64,000 nt of DNA, taken from positions 1 to 64,000 of the forward strand of contig CAUYUJ010000236.1 in NCBI GenBank assembly GCA_963575745.1, written 5' to 3'. This stretch comes from Prorocentrum cordatum (lineage: Eukaryota). The translations under genes were made by a program, and so were the position numbers. The notes below the pieces were generated by a model. It made no database searches, was not told the origin of the DNA, and saw only the letters and a program-made list of their open reading frames with translations. Within the stretch, counting starts at the first letter, position 1; each line of letters begins with the position of its first letter. Below, piece by piece: positions 62,850 through 64,000 of the stretch.

Positions 62850-64000
62850 CGGACCAAACGGCGCCTGAAATTTACGCACAACATCGTCTATTCCCAAGAG
62901 GGCCTTCTTTTCTGGAAGCTTCCAAATCGAGAGCGCATGGGCACATTCGGGCTCGGCGGGGCGCACAGCAATAGAGGCCGCCCCCACCGCGCAACAAATG
63001 CAAGACGCCTGCAACATTGTCTGTAACAAGCGCTTGCCTAACATCACCTCCCTCCACTTCGGGGGGCCTACGCGCAGCGCCTCCTAGATGCTGCGCAGAA
63101 CGCATAACGCGGGGCTTAGAACTTCTGCGCGGGGGGGGGGGGGGGGATAGGCGCGGGCTTCGCTCCACGTTTGTCACGGCGGCCCTCCAATCCCCCCCAA
63201 AACCTGTCTAGTCCAGAGCACGAAAAAGGAACGCACTAACATAACTCTGCTTCGTTAGGTCCCCAGCCTCTGGATCATTGGCGAAGTCGACTGACAACAT
63301 CACGACTTGCCAGGATGTGCTCCTCTGGAGCGCCTCGAAATACATGTGCACGTCACCTTCGCGCCTCTGCCCGCGAAACAAATGCAGAAACTATTTGGTG
63401 GCTGTAGGAGTTCGAGGGGAGCTGGCTGCGCCAGCATTGCCGCCAGGCGCCAACTCCTGCGAAGAGTTCCTAGAGATGGTACTTGCCGGTTTGGAAACAT
63501 GTTGCAGTTCCCGCGGGGCGCAGGCATTAGACGATTCGAACTCGCTTCTCGGTCTCTCGACCTAGGTCTGATCTAAGTCTGGCGACCGTGCCTGAGCTTC
63601 TCATGAAATGTGAACCGCTCCGCTCGCGGCCCTCAAACAGGTCGTTGGCCCGGCTAGTCGCGGGAACAGCATCCACCCCAGGGCCATCATGTCTCTCAAT
63701 TCCTACAACCGACGCTCGTACAACTGCCTGTGGCATCACCCCACCAAGAGTCGGACCCACAATTCGTTCGGGTGGTGCATATGCAGACACCTGCGCGCCA
63801 TCTCGAGAGCGCGCGCTCGTGGCAACTTTGGAAACTTCCTCGCGCAGCGCCACAATATCAGGCACGCTGAGGGGCTGCAAACAGTGCGTGAGCAAGGGTA
63901 GACACTTGCGATATCCAAACCTCAAGTGCCTCAGCAAACGCCCTCGCGTGCGCCAGTTGTACCCGCAAGCTTGGCAGCACGAGCCGACGGCAACTGATCC
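62850..64000 (-). mobile_element. Decayed 3' end of a LINE carrying a C5 DNA methyltransferase domain (continues beyond window)
   Basis: Finger CQACGYNWRTRGRLLRHL...C (63980-63900); then FLHLFRGQRREGD (63390-63352), LSVD...GDL, GGPP*QTWSEAR (~63189-63155), PRVMRS, WREVMLGKRLL, VRPAEP...SIWKLP; stops and frameshifts. Confidence 0.72.

Overview
Repeat-dense eukaryotic DNA, almost certainly from a dinoflagellate: a perfect 22-nt dinoflagellate spliced leader (SL) sits at 32718-32739 on the minus strand. The high GC and long GGA/CAA/CAT/GAC microsatellites suggest a Prorocentrum-like genome, but that is inference. No intact multi-exon host gene can be supported, and most ORFs in the track are microsatellite artefacts. 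The real content is retroelements. (1) A full-length ~6.85-kb LINE (25892-32739, minus) runs ORF1 zinc finger/coiled coil, APE, RT, RNase H, Cys/His fingers. It starts exactly with the SL and is flanked by a 15-18-bp duplication inside a (TCC)n tract. (2) A 5'-truncated relative (39879-51101, plus) is also embedded in (CCT)n and is interrupted by (3) a ~7.8-kb element encoding a frameshifted polyprotein: membrane segments, Cys-rich region, gag-like/CCCH region, possible Cys protease, and a C5 cytosine methyltransferase with a ~150-aa insert. (4) A second LINE type (about 21.1-25.5 kb, minus) has an extra ORF 3' of its zinc fingers. (5) The decayed 3' end of a LINE carrying another C5-methyltransferase lies at 62850-64000 (minus). 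(6) There is also an RTE-like fragment, a poly(A)-tailed retrocopy, three MITEs (two with 8-bp TSDs), several satellites and one candidate host exon. All domain calls are by-eye motif recognition; no searches were run.
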